The position numbers were made by a program, and so were the translations under genes. Below the pieces are notes generated by a model. That model was not told where the DNA came from. It saw nothing but the letters and a program-made list of their open reading frames with translations, and ran no database searches. Below, piece by piece: positions 25,702-37,688 of a DNA stretch of 64,000 bases (its first letter is position 1; the number at the start of each line of letters is the position of its first letter). Source of the stretch: Candidatus Enterousia sp. Its GTDB lineage: Bacteria; Pseudomonadota; Alphaproteobacteria; Rs-D84. Location of the stretch: positions 4,544 through 68,543 of the forward strand of contig JAZRLB010000002.1 of the NCBI GenBank assembly GCA_045646625.1. Direction: 5' to 3'.

Positions 25702-28191
25702 ATGAAGAGAGTTCTGATTTTTCTTGCAAATCTGGTGGTTTGCGTTGGTGCCGCAAATGGGGCCGTTCGTGATGGAACGGCGGTTTCGCGTGCAAAATCA
25801 GACAAAAATAGTGTGCCTTTGCAGTCTCGCAGTGCCACGGTTGTGAAAAGGGATGCGCCACGCAATGTGACGTTGGCGCCGCGTAGTGCAGCAAAAACAA
25901 ATACAGATCGTACAACCGTTGCGCGTGGTGTTGCAAATACTGGGCGTGCAATGTCGGCGCGTGTTGGTGGGCGTAGCGAAACATCAATTGTCGCGCGGGC
26001 TGGGCAAAGTGTTGTTGGGACAATGTCTTCGACGCGAACAGGGGCAGAGTACGAGCGTTGCAAGAATACGTATTTTTCCTGTATGGATCAGTTTTGTACG
26101 TTGAAAAATGATGATTATCGGCGTTGTTCCTGTAATGATCGTGTGTTTGAATTGGATGAAGTGCGGGGTGTGTTGGAACAGGCTGATGAAAAACTGACTG
26201 TATTTACAGAAAATTTGGATGTGGTTGGAATGACTGCAGCTCAGGCGGCCGCGATGCATAAGGAGTCTGAGGGCGAGGCGGCATTGACCGCGGATAATTC
26301 TGCATCTAAGGCACTGTTGCAGGCGATTATGAATTCAATTCGTGGCGAAGATACCACGGTTGGTGGTAAATATTCTGATTTGAACAGTATTAATATTTCC
26401 TTTGATACGGTAAACGCGTTTGGAATGGCCGATGCGGGGCAGGCGATTGCCGCATACAATGGTAATGCGCTGTACAGCGCAGTTTATCCACAGTGCCGTG
26501 AAGCGGTTCGGGCGGATTGTAATGATGCGTCACTGCAACGCGCGATAACGGCATATTTGATGGCCATCGAGCAGGACTGTAATACTGTACAAGCGGCAAT
26601 TGAAAAAACGCAAAAACAGATGAAAGCTGCAGTGCGAGAAGGGGGGGCGATGTTAGACCTGGCGCGTGTTGAAAACCGCCAAAAACATAATTCGTCTGAT
26701 ATAACAACGTGCATAAATGAAGTGGAAACCGCGATTTTAAGCGAACAGGTGTGCGGTGCAAACTATCATAAATGTCTTGATAATGGTCAATATATTGATG
26801 TTTCAACGGGAAAACCGATTGCGGGTGTGGAAGATTTCTATAAATTGGAGCAAATGTTGGTTTTCAGCGACGGAATTGAGGCGGTGGATCAAAAATTATC
26901 CAAGAATTCGTCTAATCGGGCGTTCGTTCAGAATTTTGAGGGGCGGGTCAAGAAATTTGCCCAGCCGGCATTGGATAAATGTGTAGAAAATGCCGATGTC
27001 GTATGGTCTGAATATTTGGATAAGGCAATGTTGTCCATATATTACGCGCAAAAGTCAAAAGTGGCCGAGATTAAGCAGGGGTGCTTTGATTTTGTGTCAA
27101 GCTGTTATATGAATGGCGATGCGGCGATAACCACCGCTATGTCGGAACTGGCCGGAGATGTCGGAATTGTATTGCAGCCGGATAAGGTGGCGCTGAATTC
27201 TCAGATGTGTTCTGAGTATGTAAATTCGTGTAATAATATGTTTGATGGTGATATTATTGCGCAGTATATAGAAAATATAAAGAGTACGGATACATTGACG
27301 GCCTGTCGTGCGGTGGTAAAGCAGTGTTTTGATAAATACGGTGGAACAAATTATGAAAATTTCTATTATCCGTACAGTGGTTTGTTCCCGGCAAATTCAG
27401 GCAGGGCGCCAGATTGGTTCTCGTTGTATGAGTATACATCTGGGTATGAAAAGGTAAAGGGGGATGATGGGCGTCTGGTATATAAATCAGAATGTGCAAA
27501 GCAATTGCTGAATATAGATGCCTGCAGTGCACCGGAAATGATTGAGCAGGCGTTCGGCGGTTTTGATATTTTGGATGATAATGGGGTTGTTAAGTATGGG
27601 TTGTATGGTGAAGAAAATGAGATAATGCATCGTCATTTGCGCTCAACTGGTGTAGCAACCGAGGTTTATAATCAGATATTGTCTATATTGAGTACACAAT
27701 GTATTAATTTGCAAGGCAGATTTATGGAATATCAATTCTTTGATGATGATTTGTATGATGCGAATAATTTGTGTTTGGCGAGATTTGATTCTAATTCTGA
27801 AGCTCGGTATTATGAATTTGTGGATTTATATGGAATTGGAACAGGTGAAGATATGTGCCCACGTGATTATAAGCTTGGGGTGGCGACGCAGTCTTGGGGG
27901 GCATGTATTTGTTGGGAAAATGGCGCGCGTCGCAGCAAATGGGGAAAATCAGCCAAGTGTGTGCCGGCATTGCCATCGAAGAATGCGGAGGATGCAACGT
28001 GCGGAGGAGATGTTAGCTTAAATTCTGCCACGGCGGATTTGACCGAAGACGATTGGTGTATATCGAATATAATATCTGATTTAAACCAGGTATGCAGTGT
28101 GGATATGGAAACCGATGAAATAACAGGACGTTGTAAGTCTGATGGAGAAAATGTCACGGTTTTTGGTGATTTGCCCGAAGGTATAGAATAA
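25702..28191 (+). CDS. Large secreted cysteine-rich protein, uncharacterised paralog family, copy 2 (829 aa)
   Basis: The start was set at MKRVLIFLANLVVCVGAANG. An Arg/Ser/Thr/Ala-rich region follows, then the core CKNTYFSCMDQFCTLKNDDYRRCSCN and a long region colinear with copy 1, for example ALYSAVYPQCREAVRADC...YLMAIEQDCNTVQ... versus ALYSAALPVCREMAAEVC...YQMAIETDCNTVK... Confidence 0.75.
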   Translation: MKRVLIFLANLVVCVGAANGAVRDGTAVSRAKSDKNSVPLQSRSATVVKRDAPRNVTLAPRSAAKTNTDRTTVARGVANTGRAMSARVGGRSETSIVARAGQSVVGTMSSTRTGAEYERCKNTYFSCMDQFCTLKNDDYRRCSCNDRVFELDEVRGVLEQADEKLTVFTENLDVVGMTAAQAAAMHKESEGEAALTADNSASKALLQAIMNSIRGEDTTVGGKYSDLNSINISFDTVNAFGMADAGQAIAAYNGNALYSAVYPQCREAVRADCNDASLQRAITAYLMAIEQDCNTVQAAIEKTQKQMKAAVREGGAMLDLARVENRQKHNSSDITTCINEVETAILSEQVCGANYHKCLDNGQYIDVSTGKPIAGVEDFYKLEQMLVFSDGIEAVDQKLSKNSSNRAFVQNFEGRVKKFAQPALDKCVENADVVWSEYLDKAMLSIYYAQKSKVAEIKQGCFDFVSSCYMNGDAAITTAMSELAGDVGIVLQPDKVALNSQMCSEYVNSCNNMFDGDIIAQYIENIKSTDTLTACRAVVKQCFDKYGGTNYENFYYPYSGLFPANSGRAPDWFSLYEYTSGYEKVKGDDGRLVYKSECAKQLLNIDACSAPEMIEQAFGGFDILDDNGVVKYGLYGEENEIMHRHLRSTGVATEVYNQILSILSTQCINLQGRFMEYQFFDDDLYDANNLCLARFDSNSEARYYEFVDLYGIGTGEDMCPRDYKLGVATQSWGACICWENGARRSKWGKSAKCVPALPSKNAEDATCGGDVSLNSATADLTEDDWCISNIISDLNQVCSVDMETDEITGRCKSDGENVTVFGDLPEGIE

Positions 28192-28203
28192 TTCGCGTAT
28201 GGC

Positions 28204-28410
28204 CTATTTACGGGTTGCCCAAAACAGTGCCCACAGCCAACCAATAATTGACCAGCCGAAAATCCAGCTTCCTAATCTGACTGCGTGCATGTCGGGTTTG
28301 CCTTTGCCGTTTTGGCGCGCAACCCACGCAGGGGCCATAAATACACTGATTGTCAATAAAACGGCCAGTGTATATTTTATAATTAATAAAAAGTTAATGT
28401 CTTGTAACAT
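28204..28410 (-). CDS. Small membrane protein, superinfection-immunity (Imm) family-like
   Basis: MLQDINFLLIIKYTLAVLLTISVFMAPAWVARQNGKGKPDMHAVRLGSWIFGWSIIGWLWALFWATRK has two TM segments and the GW..GW..AL.WA motif typical of that family. In-frame upstream ATGs at 28464 and 28485 would place the G12 tract inside the ORF. Confidence 0.6.
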   Translation of the reverse strand: MLQDINFLLIIKYTLAVLLTISVFMAPAWVARQNGKGKPDMHAVRLGSWIFGWSIIGWLWALFWATRK

Positions 28411-28443
28411 TTTTTTACTTGCGTAAAGGGGGGCATTTGGATG

Positions 28444-28455
28444 CCCCCCCCCCCC
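28444..28455. repeat. Homopolymer C12 (G12 on the minus strand) within a hairpin
   Basis: gggggg-cat-ttgg-atg-cccccccccccc, counted directly. It lies between the eno stop (28475) and the ATG at 28410. Confidence 0.95.
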
Positions 28456-28474
28456 AGATTTCATTCTGTAATGA

Positions 28475-29785
<1,311 letters not shown>

Positions 29786-29846
29786 CTATATAAAAATGAA
29801 ATGTGCCATAATATAAGCACAATTGTTATGGGAAGGAAATAAAAAA

Positions 29847-32800
29847 ATGATTAAAAAGTTAATGTCCTTGGTTTGTTGTTTGGTGCCAATGGGGGTGAAA
29901 GCCGCGCCAGCATTGATTGAGCCTGTGGGGGGTGATGCAGCGGTGGCGACCACATACGAGGCGTGGCAGGGGGCAATTACGAATGGTCAGTCTGTGGTTG
30001 TGACTGGTGGAAATGGTATTAATGCAATTGGTGGTCAGACGGTTGCGTCGGGTTTTTCAATTGTGAATACAATGAGTGTGGGGGAGTTAAATAACCCAGG
30101 TACGGCAGATGTCGAACCAACTGCGGGAAAACTGAGTAATTTATATGTATTAGATTCTGTGGCAAGTGATTTTACGGTTGTTTCCAAGGGGGATGTTTCA
30201 ATCGGTTCGCTGTTGCAGGTGTTAAATGGGATGACGTTGGGATTTAAGTCGCCTGATAACACGCGATTTAATTTAAGTGTCGGTTCGGGCAATGTGAACG
30301 AAGGTGTTCGCGTGGGGGCTGATGGAAATTTGGCAGAAATAGATCTTGCAAATATTGATGTGCTGACGGTTAATGGTTCGGTTATTGCATATGGTGATTT
30401 TTCTGTTGATGCAAACTCTGTAGTTGTTGGTGGAATTAATGCAAACGCGGGTGTTATGGATATTGTGGCTGCGGATTCTGTCAAATTAAATCAATTGATT
30501 GCAGGCGCGGGGGTCGGTGCGGTTAATGTTCAGGCGGGCACAACAATTACTTCGACAGGTACGATTCAAAACAGTGCAGACGGTATGACGTTGGTTGCGG
30601 CGGATGGAATTAGTGTCGATGGTAATTTAGAAAATACAACTGTGTCTGGGGGCGCAGAATTTAGTGCGTCAGGTGGCGATTTGGTTGTGATGGGAACACT
30701 GAAAAACGATTCGGGCGTGGATGGAAATGCCAAAATGACTTTGAATGTGGCGAATTTGACGGTTAATGGTGGTGGCTCGGGCTTATATTCTTTTGTAAAT
30801 ACGGGTGATTTTAGCGCGACTGTGGCGGGTAAAACATATCTGGAATATGGCTTGAATTTATCTGGGATGGATAAAGATAATGAATTTAGTTTGAAGACGG
30901 GTGCACTGGAATTTGGGGCAGGGGCGGATTCTGATACCTGGTTTAGTGCATTTTCAAATAACTTAAATAAGTTTAGTGTAAATATTACAAATGATGATTT
31001 GACTTTAGCGACTGTGTTGAATGGGGCGGGAGTTGGTGATGCATTTAACATCGCGGCAACAATGTCAGTTCAAGCCCAGAATATAACGGCAGATTCTGTT
31101 CAGAATAGTGCTGCGACATTGTCGATGATGGCTGCCCAGGATATGACAATTTTGGGGGCAGTTATTGGTAATTCAGGACAGACAAAGCTGGTGGCGACTG
31201 ATGCTTTGGTGCTTAATGGTGCGGTTTCTAATTCAGCGGGTATGACGTTGAACGGAAAAACTGTGGAATTGGCGTCGGTATCTAATTCAGGGGCAGGGGC
31301 GAATTTGACGATTTCAGCATTACCAAGTAATGCAGGAACGGTCAATATTGCCGGTGAGGTGACAAACACATTGGGTTTAGTTGATATTTCAGCTAAAAAT
31401 ATTGAAATTGCGGGTGTCGTGACGAACAACAGCGGTGTGATGAATATCAATGGTTCTGATTCGAATGGCGCACCAATCGTAATTAATGCGATGAATGCGG
31501 CGGGTGGTGTTGTTAATGTTGGCGCCAAAGCTGGCAGTGTCGATATCGCAAACGCAATGACAGTATCAGGTGCTACGTTGAATCTGGGGGCGGATGTGTA
31601 TAATGTGACGGTTGGCGGACGCGTTGATGTTGCAGGTAATTTGAATGCCGCCACGGCAGGTGCCACAGTTGGTGATGTTAATGTTGCGGCCAATGGGACG
31701 GTTCCGTTTATAATGTCTTCAGATGATTCAATATTAATTGGTGGTGATATCAATGTTGTTGATACGGTTGTGCGTCAGATAAAATTGAATGCACCTTTGA
31801 TTAATGTAACAGGTAATGCAACGGTTGAAAATGCCGGACGTTTGACTTTGGGGACGGTTGCAACAACATATGTACGGGTTGTAGGTGATTTGACGGTAAA
31901 TAATGGTGGTGTGTTTGAAAGCTTTGCTGATGATTTGTTTGTTGGCGCAATGTCTGGCGACTCTAAATTTATTATGCACGGTGAAAATATAACTGCAAAT
32001 ACTGGTGACATCAATATTGCTGGAAATGTTTATTTTGATGCGGCCAGTGAACCTGTGGATCCAGGTGCGGGGTTGTTGGTTCAGACAACCGATAACTTGA
32101 CATTAAAGACAAGTGCAGATGGTGCTGATATAAGCGTTGCGGGTGTGTCTGTTGGAATGGGGAATACGTTGAACTTTGATTCTGCAGATGTGGTTAATAT
32201 AGCAGGGGCTGTTTCTAACAAAGGCACGCTTGGGGTTGAAGCGGGTGATGATTTGAATGTCGTGGGCGTATTGACTAATAATGGTACCTTGACTGTGTCG
32301 GCGGCGGATGTGTCTTTGTCGGATATTAATAGTACCGGTGTCATTGAAATTGCAACGAATTCAGGGATGGTACGTGCGGGCAATATCGTGACAAGTAATT
32401 CTTTGGTGCTTGATGCGGCAACAGACATTGTTGCAGGGACGCTGGTTCAAGCGGGTGGTGTGATGGATTTGACTGCAAGTCAGTTATCTGCGCAAAGTCT
32501 GAATGTAAGTGGGGGTGTTGGAACACAGGCAAATATCGATGCAGAGACAGTTAAATTCTCGGGTGCGGTTAATATTGCGGGTGATGTCGTTCAAGGCGGT
32601 TCGGGTGGTATGCTGAATTTCAGCGCGACTGATTTTGCGTCCAATGGGTTAACGATAGGTGGCAATTTATTGGTGGAATCTGGTAATACAGCCTATGATA
32701 TTATGTCTGGGGTTGCGATTTCGGGTGATATTGATGTCGCCGATGGGGCAATTGCGAAGCTTGATGCGGGTGCTGATATTTCTGGGGCGGATTTAACCAA

Positions 32801-35135
32801 TGCAGGGATGTTAGATTTGCAGGCGGACGGCAATTTGAAGTTGGCAAGTGTCACGAATTCTGGGGAATTAACAGTTAATGGTGCCCAGGGTGTTGTGACA
32901 TCAAATGTTGTTAATAATGCAGGGGTTTTGGCGGTTAATTCTGGAACAGGTGTATTTGCATTGGCGGACTTGACGATTAATTATGGAAATATAACGCTCC
33001 AGGGGGGCGCTATGAATGCCAGTGGACGTATGAATAATATTGCAACATTGTATCAGAACTATGTAGGTGGTTTGACAGATGGTGATGTAAATATTATTGC
33101 AGATAACTATGCGATTACAACGGCAGGGTTGAATGTTGGTGCGATTAATCAAGATGGTAAATTACGTATAAATACCAGTGATGTCTTGGTTGGTGGTGAT
33201 ATCGTGGCGGATGATTTGCAATTTGTCGCCCAATTGTGGGATGGCTGGTCAGATAATAATTCACAGTTGCCTTGGATTATTGCGGATGTTGGGGGCAGTG
33301 TTTCTGGTGGGGTTAAGTTTATTGGCCTTGAAAAAATGGATGTTGGCGTGAACTATACATTTGATCAGAACAGTGCGATTAATGCGGTGATTTTGCCGTA
33401 TGCCACGGGGGCGGGGTCAACCGATATTAATTATTGGTCAACGGTAAGTTTGGCCGAAGATGATAGTCTGGGCGATATTACAAATGCCGATGATGGGCGC
33501 GCCCTGATTGAAGTTGGCGGTAAGTTTGTAGCAGGTGTGGAATATGATTATCAGGGATTTGAACTGGATTCTGGCGCAACTGCGCTGGGGGCAGGGCAGA
33601 TTGGTATAGATTTGTTTAATGTTGTTGACCAAGGAACAGCAATTTGGTTGGTTCATGCGAATGATGGCGTTGAAAACTTTAGTCAACTGGAACAGATGCG
33701 TAATCTGGATGTGCGTTTCTGTAATGCAGATGGGTCTTTGTGCTATAACTATCTGGATTCGTTGAGGGTTAAAAATGATGTGGATTTAAATAGCACAGAT
33801 TCTGATTTGCCAGCATATGTGTCTGTGCGTGATACAGATAATGACGGTATGGCAGACAGTTTATATGTGGTGTTTGATCCGCGATTTGGTGGGCCTGTGT
33901 TGTTGGAAAACCTGAAAATCCAGGATATCGTTGCGCGTGAACCAGTTCATACAGATGGCGAGTATGTGTCGGCAGGGGCGTTGGATGATATGTTGATTGG
34001 TCAGGCCTATAATAAAAAGTTCTTGAATGGTGTGCCTTTGGAAATTGTGCCGATTATTTTCCAGGGGACTAATATGCAGGAAATGGCGAATCAATTGTAT
34101 AATCGTATGGAACATTATGTCGAGACGTCTGAGGGCGAAGCGTTGGCGCGGTTTAGTCGCCTGTTTCAGGTGCGCGAAATTGAACAAATTGTAGGTGCTG
34201 TGGTCTTGAATGAGCATACAGCGTTCAGAACGTTTGAAGATCGTATGTTTGATGAGTTTATTTGGAATCGTAACAGAAATCTGAATAAGGCCTGGTTGGA
34301 TGTCGATTATGGTATGTTCTATCAGAATGTCGATGATGGTAAGCATACAGATGGAAATCGTTTTGCGGTTTCTGGTGGCTTTGATTGGCAAGAATCTAAT
34401 ACACTGCAATTAGGATTGACAGGGCGTGTGTCGCATACAAAATCTAGTGCGAGTGATGCGATGGATTTAAGTTATACTGGTTATTCAGAGCAGGGTAAAG
34501 TAAATATTGATGTCGCGGATACAAACATTGGTTTGGGTGGATATCTTATGAAAACCTTGGGTGAAAAATCAAGACTGTATGGTAATTTGTTTGCGGATTT
34601 GCATCTGTTTGATGTTGATCGAATCCAAAATTACGTTGGGCATATTGATGGTGATGGTATGGCATTTAGTTTGGTTTCTGAATGGGGACTGATGCACGAT
34701 ATTTTGAATCAGTATGTGGTTGGTAATGCGTATGCGCGTGTCGGATATAACTTTGGTTTCAGTGTAAAAGAAAAAGTGGCTGACGATGATTATATGCGCT
34801 TGAAATCTGATGGATATTTCGTTTTGACGCCGGGGTATTCTTTGATTGCGCAAAAACGTATTTATCCGTCTGCGTGGTTCCAGATACGTCCATATGCATC
34901 AATTGGTATCGAATATGATGTATTTGGGGCGCCAGATTTTGCAAAATATAAATTTGTGACTGCGGATAACTTTACAAAGTATGATTTTGATATCAATCCG
35001 TTGTGGGCGAATATTGGCGGTGGCGTTGAATTGTTATCTGCGTACGGTGTTCAGCTGGGTATTGATTATAGATATCAGTACAATGATGCAATCCAGTTGC
35101 ATAATTTCAAGGTTTCTGGGTCGTACAGATTCTGA
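29847..35135 (+). CDS. Type Va autotransporter (about 1760 aa: long Gly/Val/Asn/Ala/Thr-rich beta-helical passenger plus C-terminal beta-barrel)
   Basis: Signal peptide MIKKLMSLVCCLVPMGVKAAPA. The passenger is full of degenerate repeats such as ..G.V.N.G.L.V.A.D.. The C-terminal translocator of about 280 aa ends ...IQLHNFKVSGSYRF. Confidence 0.85.
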   Translation: MIKKLMSLVCCLVPMGVKAAPALIEPVGGDAAVATTYEAWQGAITNGQSVVVTGGNGINAIGGQTVASGFSIVNTMSVGELNNPGTADVEPTAGKLSNLYVLDSVASDFTVVSKGDVSIGSLLQVLNGMTLGFKSPDNTRFNLSVGSGNVNEGVRVGADGNLAEIDLANIDVLTVNGSVIAYGDFSVDANSVVVGGINANAGVMDIVAADSVKLNQLIAGAGVGAVNVQAGTTITSTGTIQNSADGMTLVAADGISVDGNLENTTVSGGAEFSASGGDLVVMGTLKNDSGVDGNAKMTLNVANLTVNGGGSGLYSFVNTGDFSATVAGKTYLEYGLNLSGMDKDNEFSLKTGALEFGAGADSDTWFSAFSNNLNKFSVNITNDDLTLATVLNGAGVGDAFNIAATMSVQAQNITADSVQNSAATLSMMAAQDMTILGAVIGNSGQTKLVATDALVLNGAVSNSAGMTLNGKTVELASVSNSGAGANLTISALPSNAGTVNIAGEVTNTLGLVDISAKNIEIAGVVTNNSGVMNINGSDSNGAPIVINAMNAAGGVVNVGAKAGSVDIANAMTVSGATLNLGADVYNVTVGGRVDVAGNLNAATAGATVGDVNVAANGTVPFIMSSDDSILIGGDINVVDTVVRQIKLNAPLINVTGNATVENAGRLTLGTVATTYVRVVGDLTVNNGGVFESFADDLFVGAMSGDSKFIMHGENITANTGDINIAGNVYFDAASEPVDPGAGLLVQTTDNLTLKTSADGADISVAGVSVGMGNTLNFDSADVVNIAGAVSNKGTLGVEAGDDLNVVGVLTNNGTLTVSAADVSLSDINSTGVIEIATNSGMVRAGNIVTSNSLVLDAATDIVAGTLVQAGGVMDLTASQLSAQSLNVSGGVGTQANIDAETVKFSGAVNIAGDVVQGGSGGMLNFSATDFASNGLTIGGNLLVESGNTAYDIMSGVAISGDIDVADGAIAKLDAGADISGADLTNAGMLDLQADGNLKLASVTNSGELTVNGAQGVVTSNVVNNAGVLAVNSGTGVFALADLTINYGNITLQGGAMNASGRMNNIATLYQNYVGGLTDGDVNIIADNYAITTAGLNVGAINQDGKLRINTSDVLVGGDIVADDLQFVAQLWDGWSDNNSQLPWIIADVGGSVSGGVKFIGLEKMDVGVNYTFDQNSAINAVILPYATGAGSTDINYWSTVSLAEDDSLGDITNADDGRALIEVGGKFVAGVEYDYQGFELDSGATALGAGQIGIDLFNVVDQGTAIWLVHANDGVENFSQLEQMRNLDVRFCNADGSLCYNYLDSLRVKNDVDLNSTDSDLPAYVSVRDTDNDGMADSLYVVFDPRFGGPVLLENLKIQDIVAREPVHTDGEYVSAGALDDMLIGQAYNKKFLNGVPLEIVPIIFQGTNMQEMANQLYNRMEHYVETSEGEALARFSRLFQVREIEQIVGAVVLNEHTAFRTFEDRMFDEFIWNRNRNLNKAWLDVDYGMFYQNVDDGKHTDGNRFAVSGGFDWQESNTLQLGLTGRVSHTKSSASDAMDLSYTGYSEQGKVNIDVADTNIGLGGYLMKTLGEKSRLYGNLFADLHLFDVDRIQNYVGHIDGDGMAFSLVSEWGLMHDILNQYVVGNAYARVGYNFGFSVKEKVADDDYMRLKSDGYFVLTPGYSLIAQKRIYPSAWFQIRPYASIGIEYDVFGAPDFAKYKFVTADNFTKYDFDINPLWANIGGGVELLSAYGVQLGIDYRYQYNDAIQLHNFKVSGSYRF

Positions 35136-35138
35136 TAG

Positions 35139-35168
35139 AATACTCCTGCGATTGCAGGAGTATTTTTT
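35139..35168 (+). terminator. Rho-independent terminator of the autotransporter
   Basis: aatactcctgc-gatt-gcaggagtatt + tttt. Confidence 0.8.
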
Positions 35169-35210
35169 ATAGCTGCAACCTGTGGTATAATGATACCGTA
35201 TGATTTTTTC

Positions 35211-35239
35211 TTGACTTTTCTGCGGGGTTGGGGCATAAT
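35211..35239 (+). promoter_or_regulatory. Sigma70-like promoter of rplM-rpsI
   Basis: TTGACT (35211-16), a 17-nt spacer, then CATAAT (35234-39). A second extended -10 element, TGgTATAAT, lies at 35183-91. Confidence 0.45.
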
Positions 35240-35278
35240 AGTCCCGCTTTAATTTATAAAACCAAGGGTAAAATAAAA

Positions 35279-35752
35279 ATGGCAGCGACAAAATCGTTAA
35301 AAAAGTGCGAATTAGAAGCCAAATGGTATCTGATTGACGCAACTGATTGCACGCTGGGACGTTTGGCGGCATATACTGCAAACATCCTGCGCGGTAAGCA
35401 TAAGCCAACATGGACGCCACATATGGATTGCGGTGATCATGTTATCATCGTTAATGCAGATAAAGTTGCTTTGTCTGGTCACAAGGCGGATAAAGATCGC
35501 TTCTTCTGGCATTCTTTGTGGACTGGTTCTTTGAAATCACGTACATTGGGTCAGATGCGCAGCGAAAAACCAGAAAAATTGGTTTTCAATGCAGTTAAAC
35601 GTATGATGGGGCGTCGTACGGCGGTTGCTTTGGCGAATCAGCGTTTGACAAAACTGCATGTTTATGCAGGCGCAGAACATAAACACGAAGCTCAGAAACC
35701 AGTTGTTATTGATTTCGCAAGCTTAAACCGTAAAAACAAAAGGGGCGAATAA
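35279..35752 (+). CDS. rplM: 50S ribosomal protein L13
   Basis: [52 protein letters not shown]. The start was set at the ATG at 35279. Confidence 0.95.
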   Translation: MAATKSLKKCELEAKWYLIDATDCTLGRLAAYTANILRGKHKPTWTPHMDCGDHVIIVNADKVALSGHKADKDRFFWHSLWTGSLKSRTLGQMRSEKPEKLVFNAVKRMMGRRTAVALANQRLTKLHVYAGAEHKHEAQKPVVIDFASLNRKNKRGE

Positions 35753-36237
35753 TGGCAGAAGTAAAGAAAACAGCGACAAAGACAGTTAAAAAGACTGCGA
35801 CTGTTAAGAAAACTGCTGCTAAAAAGGCACCAGTTGTTGCACCAAAATTGAATGATGCAACATATGCAACAGGTAAACGTAAAGATTCAGTTGCGCGTGT
35901 ATATTTGATGCCAGGTAAAGGCAATATTATTGTTAATGGCAAGCCGTCTGCGGAATATTTCCGTCGTGCAGTATTGCAGATGATTATTGCACAACCATTC
36001 GGCGTTACAAAGCGTGAAACATCATACGACATCGTTGCTATGGTTGAAGGTGGTGGTTTGTCTGGTCAGGCCGGTGCGGTAAAGCACGGTATTTCTAAGG
36101 CTTTGGAAAAGAAAGAACCAGAATTACGTGCGGCGTTGAAGGCTGCTGGCTTCTTGACACGCGATAGCCGTGTTGTAGAACGTAAGCATTATGGTTTCCG
36201 TAAGGCACGTCGTTCAACACAGTTCAGCAAACGTTAA
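35752..36237 (+). CDS. rpsI: 30S ribosomal protein S9
   Basis: [26 protein letters not shown]...[19 protein letters not shown]...[27 protein letters not shown]. Confidence 0.95.
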   Translation: MAEVKKTATKTVKKTATVKKTAAKKAPVVAPKLNDATYATGKRKDSVARVYLMPGKGNIIVNGKPSAEYFRRAVLQMIIAQPFGVTKRETSYDIVAMVEGGGLSGQAGAVKHGISKALEKKEPELRAALKAAGFLTRDSRVVERKHYGFRKARRSTQFSKR

Positions 36238-36258
36238 TTTATGTTCGTTGGATTTCTG

Positions 36259-36284
36259 CACCCACCGTTTGGTGGGTGTTTTTT
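36259..36284 (+). terminator. Rho-independent terminator of rplM-rpsI
   Basis: cacccacc-gttt-ggtgggtg + tttttt. Confidence 0.8.
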
Positions 36285-36293
36285 AAGAAAAAC

Positions 36294-36322
36294 TTGACAT
36301 TTTTGTCAATTTAGTGTATAAT
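36294..36322 (+). promoter_or_regulatory. Near-consensus sigma70 promoter of rho
   Basis: TTGACA (36294-99), a 17-nt spacer, then TG-TATAAT (36315-22). Confidence 0.6.
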
Positions 36323-36376
36323 GACTGAGTCGGTGGGGACAGTTCTGTCGCCCAAACTTCCACAAAAGGATTATTT

Positions 36377-37645
36377 ATGCATATTAATGAATTAAAGGCG
36401 AAAACGCCACAGCAACTGCTGAAAATGGCAGAAGATATGGGAATTGAAAATCCGTCCCAGTTGAATGTACAGCAACTGCGCTTTGCGGTTATGCGTGTTT
36501 ATGCGGCGGATAAAAAGGTGACATTGATTGGTGATGGTGTTCTAGAGCGTATGCAGGATGGCTTTGGGTTTCTGCGTGCGCCGGAATCAAACTATTTGGC
36601 GGGGCCAGATGATTTGTATGTGTCTCCACAGTTGATTAAGAAATATGGCTTGAAAACAGGTGATTATGTCGAGGGGCAGATTCAGGCGCCAGCCGCCGAA
36701 ACAGAACGCTATTTCGCGTTGGAAACGATTGAGCGGGTCAATGGCGACAATCCTGAAAAACTGAAACATCGTGTGTCTTTTGACGATATGACGCCGCTGT
36801 ATCCAGACGAACAATTAAAGATGGAGGTGCCTGATGATAAGGATAAGGGACGTAATCTGTCTGCGCGTGTTATCGATTTGATTTCGCCAACAGGTAAGGG
36901 GCAGCGTTCGTTAATTGTTGCGCCGCCACGTACAGGTAAAACAATTATGCTGCAGAATATTGCGCATTCTATTGCGACGAATTACCCTGATGTAAAACTG
37001 ATTGTTTTGCTGATTGACGAACGTCCTGAAGAAGTGACAGATATGCAGCGCAGCGTCAAGGGTGAAGTTATATCTTCTACATTTGATGAACCGGCAGCGC
37101 GTCATATCCAAGTTGCAGAAATGGTAATCGAAAAGGCCAAGCGCTTGGTCGAAGCAGGGCAGGATGTTGTTATCCTTTTGGATTCTATTACCCGTCTGGG
37201 GCGCGCATATAATACCTGTGTTCCATCTAGTGGTAAGGTTTTGACTGGTGGTGTTGATGCATATGCCTTGCAGCGTCCAAAGCGTTTCTTTGGGGCCGCC
37301 CGTAATATCGAAGGTGGTGGTTCGTTGACTATTATTGCGACGGCTTTGGTGGATACGGGCTCTAAGATGGACGAAGTTATCTTTGAAGAATTTAAGGGTA
37401 CTGGCAACAGCGAAATTATTTTGGACAGAAAGCTGTCAGATAAACGTGTATATCCAGCGATTGATATTACAAAATCTGGTACGCGCAAGGAAGATCTGTT
37501 GGTGGGTAAAGATATTTTGTCGAAGATGTATGTCCTGCGTCGCATTATCAACCCAATGGGCACGTTAGAGGCGATGGAGTTCTTGTTAGATAAATTACGT
37601 ATGACTAAAACAAATTCGGACTTCTTTGGTTCGATGAATCAATAA
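36377..37645 (+). CDS. rho: Transcription termination factor Rho
   Basis: [25 protein letters not shown]..., [65 protein letters not shown]. Confidence 0.97.
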   Translation: MHINELKAKTPQQLLKMAEDMGIENPSQLNVQQLRFAVMRVYAADKKVTLIGDGVLERMQDGFGFLRAPESNYLAGPDDLYVSPQLIKKYGLKTGDYVEGQIQAPAAETERYFALETIERVNGDNPEKLKHRVSFDDMTPLYPDEQLKMEVPDDKDKGRNLSARVIDLISPTGKGQRSLIVAPPRTGKTIMLQNIAHSIATNYPDVKLIVLLIDERPEEVTDMQRSVKGEVISSTFDEPAARHIQVAEMVIEKAKRLVEAGQDVVILLDSITRLGRAYNTCVPSSGKVLTGGVDAYALQRPKRFFGAARNIEGGGSLTIIATALVDTGSKMDEVIFEEFKGTGNSEIILDRKLSDKRVYPAIDITKSGTRKEDLLVGKDILSKMYVLRRIINPMGTLEAMEFLLDKLRMTKTNSDFFGSMNQ

Positions 37646-37674
37646 AAAAAATCCCGCGGTTGCGGGATTTTTTG
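37644..37674 (+). terminator. Rho-independent terminator of rho
   Basis: aaaaaaaatcccgc-ggtt-gcgggatttttt. Confidence 0.8.
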
Positions 37675-37688
37675 TTGTAGGTAATAAA

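Noticed and set aside
30035-34944. Many 60-220-aa minus-strand ORFs inside the autotransporter gene
   Set aside because: They are shadow ORFs created by the repetitive, stop-poor passenger-domain sequence. The plus-strand frame is continuous for 1770 codons and has signal peptide and barrel signatures.
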